A program made the position numbers and the translations under genes. The notes beneath the pieces are model-generated. The model was not told where the DNA came from. It worked only from the letters and a program-made list of their open reading frames with translations, and searched no databases. From NCBI GenBank assembly GCA_029937535.1, contig JAPYPT010000004.1:1-51431 (forward strand): a stretch of DNA of 51,431 nucleotides, given 5' to 3'. The DNA comes from Alphaproteobacteria bacterium (GTDB lineage Bacteria; Pseudomonadota; Alphaproteobacteria; GCA-2731375). This document shows positions 18,478 to 27,791 of the stretch, piece after piece (the stretch's first letter is position 1; every line of letters begins with the position of its first letter).

Positions 18478-21400
18478 ATGAGTATCAAGAAACTACTGGT
18501 CGCCAACCGTGGCGAAATTGCCATTCGTATTCTGCGCGCCGCCGCCGATATGGGCATCCCGACAGTGGCGGTCCATGCCGAGGATGAGGCGGACGCACTG
18601 CATACGGTCAAGGCGGAGGCGGCCGTGGCATTGTCCGGCCGCGGCGTTCCGGCCTATCTGGATAGCGCGGGCATATTGGCTTTGGCGCGGGACAACGGCT
18701 GCGATGCGATCCATCCCGGTTATGGCTTTCTGAGCGAGAATGCGGAATTCGCCATGTCCTGTGCCCAGGCCGGCATCGCCTTTGTCGGTCCCGGCGCGGA
18801 AACCCTGGACATGTTCGGCGACAAGGCGGCGGCCCGCGACTTGGCGGAGAAAAATGGCGTGCCTGTATTGCCGGGTAGTCAGGGCGCCGTGGACGTGGCG
18901 GCGGCGGAAGCCTTTTTTGACGATCATGGCGCTATCATGATCAAGGCCATCGGCGGCGGCGGCGGCCGGGGTATGCGCGCCATCCATGAGCGCGGCGAAA
19001 TTGCTGCTGCACTGGAGCTTTGCCGGGGTGAGGCCTTGCAGGCCTTTGGCAGGGGGGAGGTTTTCGTGGAGCGTTTGCTGGAACAGCCCCGCCATATCGA
19101 AATCCAGATTATCGGCGACGGCAGTGGCGCCATCAGCCATCTGGGGGAGCGGGAATGCAGCATCCAGCGGCGCCACCAAAAACTGGTGGAATTGGCGCCA
19201 GCACCTGGCCTGACGCCCGAATTGCGCGACAAATTGGCCAAATCTGCCGTGGCCTTGGCGGGCGCCGTGGACTACCGCAACATCGGGACTTTCGAATTCC
19301 TGGTCGATGGCGATGATTATTTTTTCATCGAGGCCAACCCCCGCCTCCAAGTCGAACATACGGTGACGGAGGAGGTCTGGGGCATCGATCTGGTACAGAC
19401 CCAATTGCGCCTGGCCGGCGGCGCCAGCCTGGCGGAGCTGGACCTTTGCCAGGAAGACCTTGGGCCGCCGCGGGGCCAGGCCATGCAGGTACGCATCAAC
19501 ATGGAAACCATGGCCCCCGACGGCAGCGTGCGTCCCTCTGGCGGCGTGCTGGAAAGTTTCGAGATGCCCTCGGGCCCCGGCATCCGGGTCGATAGTTTCG
19601 GCTATGCCGGCTACCGAACTTCGCCCAGCTACGATTCTCTGCTGGCCAAGTTAATCGCCCATGCACCGGGCGGCGATTTCACGCAACTGGTGCAAAAGAC
19701 CTACCGCGCCCTGTGCGAATGCCGGATTACCGGGCTGGCCAGCAATATTCCGTTTTTGCAAAACCTGCTCAGCCATCCGGAGTTTCGGGCGGGCGGGCTG
19801 CATACCCAGTTTATCGACCGGCATTTGGATGCTTTGGCCAGCGGTACGGAACATCGACGCTTGTTCTTTGGCCCTGATACGGTTGCGGCGCCGGACGGCA
19901 ATTTGGTGGGCGTCAAGGTGGATGCCTCCGACCCCCTGGCCGTTCTGGCCCATGGCAAGTCGGAGGGAGCCCAGGAACAATTGTCCGACGGCGGCCTGTT
20001 AGGCCCCGATGGCACTGTTCCGATCATCGCGCCCATGCTGGGCACCATCGTCAGCGTCGACGTCGCCGAGGGCGATGATGTCTATCCGGGCCGTCAGATA
20101 CTGATCATGGAAGCCATGAAAATGCAGCACGTGATCGAAGCGGAAATCAGCGGCGTTTTGCGCCAACTGCCCGTGGCGCCCGGCGATACGGTTTTTGAGG
20201 GGCACGCCCTGGCCTATGTGGCGGAGCAGGAGGTGGACATTCCCGATGCCGGCGATGTGGTGGCGGTGGATCTGGACTATGTGCGCCCGGATCTGGCGGA
20301 AGTGCTGGACCGCCAGGGCCACACGCTCGATGATCGGCGGCCCAACGCCGTGGCCCGGCGGCGCAAGACCAACCAACGCACGGCACGGGAAAATATCGAA
20401 CAGCTATGTGATCCCGGTTCATTCACGGAATTCGGCTCTCTGGTTCTCGCCGCCCGCCGGGGCATGCATTCCATGGAAGAGCTGATCGAACGGACCCCGG
20501 CCGATGGCCTGATTACCGGCCTGGGCCGGATCAACGGCCATATTTTCCCCGACGAAACCGCGCGTTGCGCGGTGATGAGCTATGACTACACGGTGCTGGC
20601 GGGTACCCAAGGCAAGAACAATCACAAAAAGAAGGACCGGATGTTCGAAATGGCGGAGAAATGGCGTCTGCCGCTGATCTTCTTCACCGAGGGCGGCGGC
20701 GGCCGGCCCGGCGATACGGATATGATTTTCGCCGCCAATCTGCACGTCCCGGCTTTTCATCTGTTTGGCCGCCTGAGCGGTCTGGTGCCTTTGATCGGTA
20801 TCACGTCCGGGCGCTGCTTCGCCGGCAATGCCGTACTGCTGGGCTGCTGTGACGTGGTCATCGCGACGGAGAATTCAACCATCGGCATGGGCGGTCCGGC
20901 GATGATCGAGGGCGGCGGCCTGGGTGTTTTCCGGCCCGAGGAAGTCGGGCCCATGTCCGTGCAGGTACCCAACGGCGTGGTCGATGTGGCGGTCAAGGAC
21001 GAGGAAGAGGCGGTTGAGGTCGCGCAGCAATATCTCGGTTATTTCCAGGGCGCGGTGGAGGATTGGGACTGCGCCGATCAACGCCATTTGCGCCAGGCCA
21101 TCCCCGAGGACCGCCTGCGCATTTATGACGTGCGCAAGATTGTCGAGACCATGGCCGATACGGGCTCGGTCCTGGAACTGCGCGCCGGTTTCGGCCTTGG
21201 CATGGTCACCGCCCTCGCCCGGATCGAGGGCCGGCCCGTGGGTATCGTCGCCAACAATCCGAACCATCTCGCGGGCGCCATCGACAGCGACGGCGCGGAC
21301 AAGGCGGCCCGTTTCATGCAGCTTTGCGATGCCTACGACATCCCCCTGGTGTTTTTGTGCGACACGCCGGGCAACATGGTCGGCCCGGTGGCAGAACAGA

Positions 21401-21837
21401 CCGCCCTGGTGCGCCACTGCTGCCGCCTTTATGTCATTGGCGCCAACGTGACGGTGCCCACCTTCACCATCGTGCTGCGCAAGGGTTATGGCCTGGGCGC
21501 CCAGGGCATGGCGGCGGGTGGTTTCCATGCGCCGTTCTTCACCATTTCTTGGCCCACGGGAGAATTCGGCGGCATGGGACTGGAAGGCGCGGTGAAGCTG
21601 GGCCGCCGGGATGAGTTGATGGCCATCGAGGATCCGGAGGAACGCATGGCGAAATACGAGGAAATGGTCGCCGCCATGTATGCCCAGGGCACGGCGATCA
21701 ACGCTGCGTCCCTGTTCGAACTGGACAATGTGATCGATCCCTCGGCCACCCGGGAGTGGATCATGGCCGGCCTGCGCGCGGCACCCTCCGTACCGGCCCG
21801 CGAGGGCAAGAAACGGCCTTGGATCGACGCTTGGTGA
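18478..21837 (+). CDS. Single-chain acyl-CoA carboxylase (biotin carboxylase-BCCP-carboxyltransferase, LCC type)
   Basis: ANRGEIA, HPGYGFLSEN, GGGGRGM, RECSIQRRHQK and NPRLQVEH motifs, the EAMKM biotin lysine, then a CT domain (YDYTVLAGTQG, EGGGGRPGD, DTPG). Start set to the ATG at 18478 after GAGG. Confidence 0.93.
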   Translation: MSIKKLLVANRGEIAIRILRAAADMGIPTVAVHAEDEADALHTVKAEAAVALSGRGVPAYLDSAGILALARDNGCDAIHPGYGFLSENAEFAMSCAQAGIAFVGPGAETLDMFGDKAAARDLAEKNGVPVLPGSQGAVDVAAAEAFFDDHGAIMIKAIGGGGGRGMRAIHERGEIAAALELCRGEALQAFGRGEVFVERLLEQPRHIEIQIIGDGSGAISHLGERECSIQRRHQKLVELAPAPGLTPELRDKLAKSAVALAGAVDYRNIGTFEFLVDGDDYFFIEANPRLQVEHTVTEEVWGIDLVQTQLRLAGGASLAELDLCQEDLGPPRGQAMQVRINMETMAPDGSVRPSGGVLESFEMPSGPGIRVDSFGYAGYRTSPSYDSLLAKLIAHAPGGDFTQLVQKTYRALCECRITGLASNIPFLQNLLSHPEFRAGGLHTQFIDRHLDALASGTEHRRLFFGPDTVAAPDGNLVGVKVDASDPLAVLAHGKSEGAQEQLSDGGLLGPDGTVPIIAPMLGTIVSVDVAEGDDVYPGRQILIMEAMKMQHVIEAEISGVLRQLPVAPGDTVFEGHALAYVAEQEVDIPDAGDVVAVDLDYVRPDLAEVLDRQGHTLDDRRPNAVARRRKTNQRTARENIEQLCDPGSFTEFGSLVLAARRGMHSMEELIERTPADGLITGLGRINGHIFPDETARCAVMSYDYTVLAGTQGKNNHKKKDRMFEMAEKWRLPLIFFTEGGGGRPGDTDMIFAANLHVPAFHLFGRLSGLVPLIGITSGRCFAGNAVLLGCCDVVIATENSTIGMGGPAMIEGGGLGVFRPEEVGPMSVQVPNGVVDVAVKDEEEAVEVAQQYLGYFQGAVEDWDCADQRHLRQAIPEDRLRIYDVRKIVETMADTGSVLELRAGFGLGMVTALARIEGRPVGIVANNPNHLAGAIDSDGADKAARFMQLCDAYDIPLVFLCDTPGNMVGPVAEQTALVRHCCRLYVIGANVTVPTFTIVLRKGYGLGAQGMAAGGFHAPFFTISWPTGEFGGMGLEGAVKLGRRDELMAIEDPEERMAKYEEMVAAMYAQGTAINAASLFELDNVIDPSATREWIMAGLRAAPSVPAREGKKRPWIDAW

Positions 21838-21853
21838 GTAATACATACCGCTC

Positions 21854-21895
21854 TTGATGTGGATCAAGGGCGTTGGCCCCAAAAGCGTGTAGCAT
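21854..21895 (+). promoter_or_regulatory. FNR/FixK-type box with a class II promoter -10 element
   Basis: Perfect TTGAT-GTGG-ATCAA at 21854-21867. TAGCAT at 21890-21895 is where the -10 falls if the box is centred at -41.5. Confidence 0.7.
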
Positions 21896-21925
21896 TTCCA
21901 AATCGGTGCGAAAACAGGCAGAAAA

Positions 21926-22582
21926 ATGTCGGCTGACCATCCTGATTTTGGGGAATTTGTGCTGCCTATAGGCAAACGGAAAATCTATGACCGTATCGCC
22001 TGGCTCTATGACATCCTCGATGGGCCTTTCGAGGCCCTTCGTTACAAGCCCCTGCGCCGGGCGTTGTTCGACGGCCTGAATGGCGTCTTGCTTGACGCCG
22101 GGGCTGGTACCGGGCGGAATATCCCTTTCTACCCGGCCCGTGCGAAGGTCATCGGCATTGATCTGAGCCCCGCCATGCTTGAGCGCGCCCGGCGCCGCCG
22201 GGATGAACTAGGCGCTGTTGTCGAATTGCGCGCCATGGATGTGATGGCATTGGAATTCACCGACAATAGTTTTGATGGCGTCGTCTCGAGCTTCCTGTTT
22301 TGCGTGCTGGATGGCGAACATCAACAGCCGGCCCTTGAGGAACTGCGGCGGGTCTGCCGTCCTGGCGGCACCATCCGTATTCTGGAATATGCAATCTCGG
22401 AAAACCCTCTGCGGCGCTTCATCATGAAGCTGTGGGCGCCCTGGGTACGCTTTGCCTATGGCGCCGAGTTCGGCCGCAATACCGAACAATATCTGGAAGC
22501 CGCCGGCCTGGACCTGGTCGAAAAAAAATTCCTCTACAAGGACATCATCAAACTCCTCATTGTGCGGCCGAAAATAACCTGA
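21926..22582 (+). CDS. Class I SAM-dependent methyltransferase (PmtA/UbiE-like)
   Basis: YDRIA.LYD, LLDAGAGTGRN motif I, GIDLSPAML, F.DNSFD and RVCRPGG motifs. An alternative GTG start lies at 21959. Confidence 0.85.
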   Translation: MSADHPDFGEFVLPIGKRKIYDRIAWLYDILDGPFEALRYKPLRRALFDGLNGVLLDAGAGTGRNIPFYPARAKVIGIDLSPAMLERARRRRDELGAVVELRAMDVMALEFTDNSFDGVVSSFLFCVLDGEHQQPALEELRRVCRPGGTIRILEYAISENPLRRFIMKLWAPWVRFAYGAEFGRNTEQYLEAAGLDLVEKKFLYKDIIKLLIVRPKIT

Positions 22583-22674
22583 GCCTTGAACACCCGGACT
22601 GGCGACGGGGTCTGCTTTTCTGATACATTTTTGGTGAGGTGAGGCCCGGACGTCTGGCGGGCGTGAGGAGCGGT

Positions 22675-25600
22675 ATGGCTGACGGTATTGAACAGTGGCT
22701 CATCGATCTTGATTTGGCGAAGTACATTGATGTCTTCGTCGAGAATGAGATTGGCGCCCGCGATCTGCCGATGCTCACCGACACCGATTTGCGCGAGCTG
22801 GGACTGCCCCTGGGGCCAAGGAAGCGCGTATTGGCGGCCATTGAGGGACTTGGCAATGACGTCACGGCGCCGCAAGCGGTACAACCGGCGGCCTCGGATG
22901 CGGAAGCGGAACGCCGTCAGGTAACCATTTTATTTGCCGACATTTCCGCCTTTACCGCCCTGTCCGAGCGCCTTGGCGGCGAAGCGACACATGATCTTCT
23001 GAACCGCTTCTTTGCCGTTGCCGATGCTGCCGTTTTGCGTTTCGGCGGCACCATCGACAAACATATTGGCGATGCGGTGATGGCCATATTCGGCGCGCCC
23101 GTCGCCCACACGAATGATCCGGAACGGGCCGTCAGGGCGGCGCGTGAACTGCATGCCGTGGCCCAGGACATGGAGCCGCCGCTATCGGTCCATATCGGCA
23201 TTGCCTCCGGTCAGGTGGTCGCCAGCCACATGGGTGGCGCCGAGCACAAGGCGTACACGGTAACCGGGGATTCCGTCAATCTGGCGTCCCGGCTAACTGA
23301 CCTGGCGGGCCCCGGCGAGACATATTCCTCGTCGGCCATCGCACGCGGTTTGGGCGACCGGATTGAAGGGACCTTGCTGGGACCTCGCGCGATCGAGGGT
23401 TTGCCGGAGCCCGTGGAGGTATGGCGTATCGAGGGCATGGCCGTCGAAGAGGATATCGTGGCGGCGACCACCTTCGTTGGGCGCGAACGGGAACGCGCGG
23501 ACTTCGCCGAGGCGGTTCAACGCTGCCGGCGCGATGGCCAAGGTGAAACGATCCTGATCCGGGGAGAAGCCGGTATCGGCAAAACCAGGCTGTTGCAGGA
23601 GTTTGACGAATATACCCAAAAACATGACTTTGAAAGTTGTACCGGGCTGGTCCTCGATTTCGGCGCCGGCAAGGGTCAGGACGCGATTGGCGCCTTGGTC
23701 CGCGGCCTGTTGCGGCTGCCGCCGGGCAGTGACAAGAATACCCGCGCCCTGGCGGTTGAAGAGGCGGTCGCCATGGATTTGCTGGCGGTGGAGCGGCGCA
23801 TCCACCTTTATGATCTGCTTGATCTTCCCCAGCCCGACGACTTGCGCGCCTTGTATGAGGCCATGGACAATGAAACCCGTGACCGGGGCCGTCAGGCGAC
23901 CCTGGGTGATTTGGTCATGGGGCGAAGCGCAAAGCGGCCCCTGCTGCTCAGGATAGAGGATATGCATTGGGCCGGTGCCGCCGTGCTGGCCCAGGCCGCC
24001 GCCCTGACCAAATTGATTGCGACCTGCCAGGCACTGCTGGTCTTGACGACCCGTATTACCGGCGATCCATTCGATGCCGAGTGGCGCAAAAAAATCGATT
24101 CGGCGCCAGTCACCAACTTTGATTTGGTTCCCCTGGCCGGTACGGAAGCTGCGGACTTGGCGCAGGAATTTGCCGATTTGGATGCTGAAACAATCGCGAC
24201 CTGTGTTGCACGGGCCGGAGGCAATCCACTTTTTTTGGAACAATTGTTGCGCAACGCCGATGAACTGGTGGCCGGGAATATTCCTGGAACGGTGCAAGGT
24301 ATTGTGCAGGCCAGGATGGATGCAATCCCGGAAGACGACCGGCGGGCGCTGCAGGCGGCAAGCATCCTTGGCCAGCGCTTTAGTTTGTCGGCCATGTTGG
24401 CGGTGGCCGGTTTCGAAGACTATCAGCCGGACAATCTATTGGCCCTTGCCTTGATCCGGCCCATAGAGAATGACTTTCTGTTTGGCCATGCCCTGATCTG
24501 CGAGGGCGCCTATGCGACTTTGCTGACCCCGCGCCGGCGTGAACTTCATTTGCGGGCAGCGGATTGGTTTCGCGAGCGGGATCCGATTTTGCATGCATCT
24601 CACCTCGACAAGGCCGAGGATGAGAGTGCGGCGCAAGCATACCATTCAGCGGCCCGCGTCTTGGCCGGCGTTTTTCGCCATGACGACGCCCTTGCGGCCG
24701 CCGAACGCGGGGCGGAAATTGCCGTCGCCCCGGACGTTCGGTTTGATCTGCAACGATTGCGTGGCGATGTTTTGCGCGGGACCGGGCAGACCGACCGCTC
24801 GATCGAAGCTTTCCGTCTGGCGCTGACCGATGCGCCGGACGACGGCGCCCGTTGCCGCGCCCTGATCGGTATCGGCGCCGGTCTGCGGGTTTTGGGCCAG
24901 GCCGATGAAACCCTGGACGTCATCGATCAAGCCCAGCCGCTGGCGGAAGCCAATGAAATGTCGCTGGAGCTTGCCCAAATTCACCATTTGCGGGGCAACA
25001 TCGGATTTCTGAAGGGGGACGCGGCGCAATGCAACGACGAACAGCAATTGGCCATGATGTATGCCAGACAGGCCGGTTCCGTTGAAATCGAGGCGCAATC
25101 TTATTCCGGTATCGGCGACAGCCAGTATATGGAAGGGCGCATGGCCTCGGCTTACCGGAATATAAAATTGGCGGATGATATCGCGAAGACCCACCAGTTG
25201 ATTGGGGTGCAGGCGGGCGGTGTTCCCGCCGTCGCCCATACGCTTGTTTTACAAGCTAAGTTGGTGGAAGCGCGGGACATTATTGTGGAAGGTTTGGAAC
25301 TCATCCGGCGGGTCGGCCATTTTCGCGCCGAACTGATTGTCCGGCTCAACTATGCGTCGCTGCTTTGCGAATTCGACGATGCTCAAGGGGGCCTGGAACA
25401 GGCCGAGACCGCCGGCCAAGTTGCCGGCCGCATTGGCGCCAAAGTATGGGAGCCCTTGGTTTGGAGTATCATGGCCCTTTGCAACGTCCACCTTGGCAAA
25501 ACGGATGCCGCCATCCCATTGGCCCGCCGGGGTGCTAAATTGGCTCTGGAGACAAGCCGCGCCCTGCTGGGACCATGGTCATTGGGAATATTGGCGTGGA

Positions 25601-25959
25601 CCACCGAAGATGCGGTTGAACGCCAGGCAGCGCTTGAGGAAGGTGAAGCCATGCTGGCTGAACGCGTGGTTGGGCATTGCCACCTTTGGTTCTATCGCTT
25701 TGCCATCGAGGCCAGCTTGAACGCGGGTGATTTCGACGAAGCCGACCGCTATGCGGGCCTGTTGGAAGCGTTTACCCGGCCCGAACCCTTGCTCTGGTCC
25801 GATCTCTTCATCGCCCGGGGCCGGGCCCTGGCCGCCTGGGGGCGTAATCCCGGCGACGGCGAGGCTCGCGCCGCACTGATTGCGGTCAAGGCGGACATCG
25901 AAAAGGTCAATTTGGGCACGGCCTTGCCGGCGATCGATCAGGCGTTGGCAGGCTTTTGA
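22675..25959 (+). CDS. SAM domain-class III adenylate cyclase-STAND/AAA ATPase-TPR protein
   Basis: SAM (WL..L.L.KY...F.ENEI..LGLPLG.RKR), cyclase (FADI, KHIGDA, GDSVNLASR), Walker A GEAGIGKT, Walker B IEDMHWA, GGNPLF and a helical TPR-like C-terminus. Confidence 0.9.
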   Translation: MADGIEQWLIDLDLAKYIDVFVENEIGARDLPMLTDTDLRELGLPLGPRKRVLAAIEGLGNDVTAPQAVQPAASDAEAERRQVTILFADISAFTALSERLGGEATHDLLNRFFAVADAAVLRFGGTIDKHIGDAVMAIFGAPVAHTNDPERAVRAARELHAVAQDMEPPLSVHIGIASGQVVASHMGGAEHKAYTVTGDSVNLASRLTDLAGPGETYSSSAIARGLGDRIEGTLLGPRAIEGLPEPVEVWRIEGMAVEEDIVAATTFVGRERERADFAEAVQRCRRDGQGETILIRGEAGIGKTRLLQEFDEYTQKHDFESCTGLVLDFGAGKGQDAIGALVRGLLRLPPGSDKNTRALAVEEAVAMDLLAVERRIHLYDLLDLPQPDDLRALYEAMDNETRDRGRQATLGDLVMGRSAKRPLLLRIEDMHWAGAAVLAQAAALTKLIATCQALLVLTTRITGDPFDAEWRKKIDSAPVTNFDLVPLAGTEAADLAQEFADLDAETIATCVARAGGNPLFLEQLLRNADELVAGNIPGTVQGIVQARMDAIPEDDRRALQAASILGQRFSLSAMLAVAGFEDYQPDNLLALALIRPIENDFLFGHALICEGAYATLLTPRRRELHLRAADWFRERDPILHASHLDKAEDESAAQAYHSAARVLAGVFRHDDALAAAERGAEIAVAPDVRFDLQRLRGDVLRGTGQTDRSIEAFRLALTDAPDDGARCRALIGIGAGLRVLGQADETLDVIDQAQPLAEANEMSLELAQIHHLRGNIGFLKGDAAQCNDEQQLAMMYARQAGSVEIEAQSYSGIGDSQYMEGRMASAYRNIKLADDIAKTHQLIGVQAGGVPAVAHTLVLQAKLVEARDIIVEGLELIRRVGHFRAELIVRLNYASLLCEFDDAQGGLEQAETAGQVAGRIGAKVWEPLVWSIMALCNVHLGKTDAAIPLARRGAKLALETSRALLGPWSLGILAWTTEDAVERQAALEEGEAMLAERVVGHCHLWFYRFAIEASLNAGDFDEADRYAGLLEAFTRPEPLLWSDLFIARGRALAAWGRNPGDGEARAALIAVKADIEKVNLGTALPAIDQALAGF

Positions 25960-26114
25960 AATACTCGGAACTTGAACTGTGTCGTTGCCGATAATCACCG
26001 TTCGGCGATTTGTTCCGAAGCGATTAAGATAGAGGTTTATTAACCATCATGGCCGATAACGTGTCGATATCGGCAGAGTTATGTCGAAATGAGTTAGGTT
26101 AGAGGATTGCCAGG

Positions 26115-27791
26115 ATGCCAAGCAAAGGCAAGGAACCTTTCAGGCCGGCAATGTCGACCTCGGTCACCGAGACCGGGGACGACACCAAAAGTCCATCCGA
26201 AAATGACCATGACGTTATGGGAGAAATCGCCCGGCTTCGCCAGCGCATTGGGGAGCTGGAGGCCACGCTGGCGGCCGTCGACCAGCCGGCGGCGGCGGAT
26301 ATCATCAGTTTTGGAGAGAATGAAATTCTTGAGGCCTGCCCGATCGGCATCGCTATTCTTGCCGAAGACGATGGGCGCCGTTTATTCGTGAACTCAGCGC
26401 TGGTGTCGATGTTGGGGTGGGGAACGCGCGAAGAACTCCTATCGGCGGTTTTAGATGTAACTTGGGCGGATCAGTCCCGGTTGTCCGAGGCTTGGTCGGT
26501 CTTTCAAAACAAAAAATATGTTGTGAATTTCGAGGCTGAACGCATACGCCGCGACGGCTCCCGATGGTGGGTCTTGATGAACACCCAGCCGATCATGTTT
26601 GAAGGCATGGCGGCAGGCATTATCTGGCATATTGACATCACGAGACGAAAACATGCCGAAGAGATTGCGGGGGTATCCGAGAACCGGTTGACGGAGGCGG
26701 TGGAGAGTCTGTCGGACGCCTTTGCCTTGTTCGATCCGGACGATAAATTGATCTTCTGCAATCGAATGTTTCATGAGCTGAACCCGGAACTTGCATCAAG
26801 TATCCATCCGGGCATGACCTTCGAGGACATGGTGCGCGACAACATTGCCAATGGCCGCATTGTCGAGGCAGTGGGCCGGGAAGAGGAATTTGTACGGCAA
26901 CGCATGGCCCAGCATATCGCGCCGCCCGACGAGCCCATTGTCTCGCAACGGGCTGACGGCCGTTGGCTGCAATTACGCGAAAAGCGGGCGCCGGACGGAT
27001 CGACATTCCTGGTCAATACGGACATCACCGAGTTGAAGAACCGCGAAGATGCGCTGCGTGCCGAAAAAGAGCGTGCCGAGCAGGCCAGTGGTTTCAAATC
27101 ACAATTTCTCGCCACCATGAGCCACGAATTACGTACCCCCTTGAACGCTATCATGGGATTTTCAGATATCCTGCAACGAGAGCTGTTCGGTGCGATCGGC
27201 GATGAACGCTACCGGGATTATGCAGCGGACATATTCTCCAGCGGTCAACATCTTCTCGACTTGATCAACGATGTCCTTGATCTCTCGCGCATCGAGGCCG
27301 GGCAGTATGAGTTGAATTTAGACGAAGTCGATATCGGCGGCGTTGTCGGATCTTCCTGCGATGTGTTGAGGGAGGAGGCCAAGAGCAAGGGATTGCACTT
27401 TTTTACCTCGATCACCGACGGCTTGCCGGCAATCCGTGCCGACGTGCGGGCGGTCCGGCAAATACTGCTCAACTTGCTCTCCAACGCCGTCAAGTTCACA
27501 CCGGCGGGCGGCGAAGTTCAGGTGCGCGCTTTCCTGGATGTTCAAGGCGGCGTCAGTATTGTTGTCGTCGATAGCGGTGTTGGCATCGCCAGGGAGGATA
27601 TGGAAACGATTCTCATGCCATTCTCGCAGGTCGCCACGAACGATCTCGCCAATCAGGGCGGCACCGGGCTCGGACTTTCCATTGTTAACTCGCTGATCGA
27701 CTTGCATGGCGGCGTCCTCGACATCGACAGCAAGAAAGGCGAGGGCACGGAAGTCACCGTGCGCTTCCCTGAATCCAGCGTCCTTTCCTAA
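26115..27791 (+). CDS. Cytoplasmic PAS-PAS sensor histidine kinase, PleC/DivJ-like
   Basis: Two PAS/PAC segments, H-box FLATMSHELRTPLNAIMGFS, N-box QILLNLLSNAVKFT, DSGVGI and GGTGLGL. The start codon is uncertain. Confidence 0.9.
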   Translation: MPSKGKEPFRPAMSTSVTETGDDTKSPSENDHDVMGEIARLRQRIGELEATLAAVDQPAAADIISFGENEILEACPIGIAILAEDDGRRLFVNSALVSMLGWGTREELLSAVLDVTWADQSRLSEAWSVFQNKKYVVNFEAERIRRDGSRWWVLMNTQPIMFEGMAAGIIWHIDITRRKHAEEIAGVSENRLTEAVESLSDAFALFDPDDKLIFCNRMFHELNPELASSIHPGMTFEDMVRDNIANGRIVEAVGREEEFVRQRMAQHIAPPDEPIVSQRADGRWLQLREKRAPDGSTFLVNTDITELKNREDALRAEKERAEQASGFKSQFLATMSHELRTPLNAIMGFSDILQRELFGAIGDERYRDYAADIFSSGQHLLDLINDVLDLSRIEAGQYELNLDEVDIGGVVGSSCDVLREEAKSKGLHFFTSITDGLPAIRADVRAVRQILLNLLSNAVKFTPAGGEVQVRAFLDVQGGVSIVVVDSGVGIAREDMETILMPFSQVATNDLANQGGTGLGLSIVNSLIDLHGGVLDIDSKKGEGTEVTVRFPESSVLS

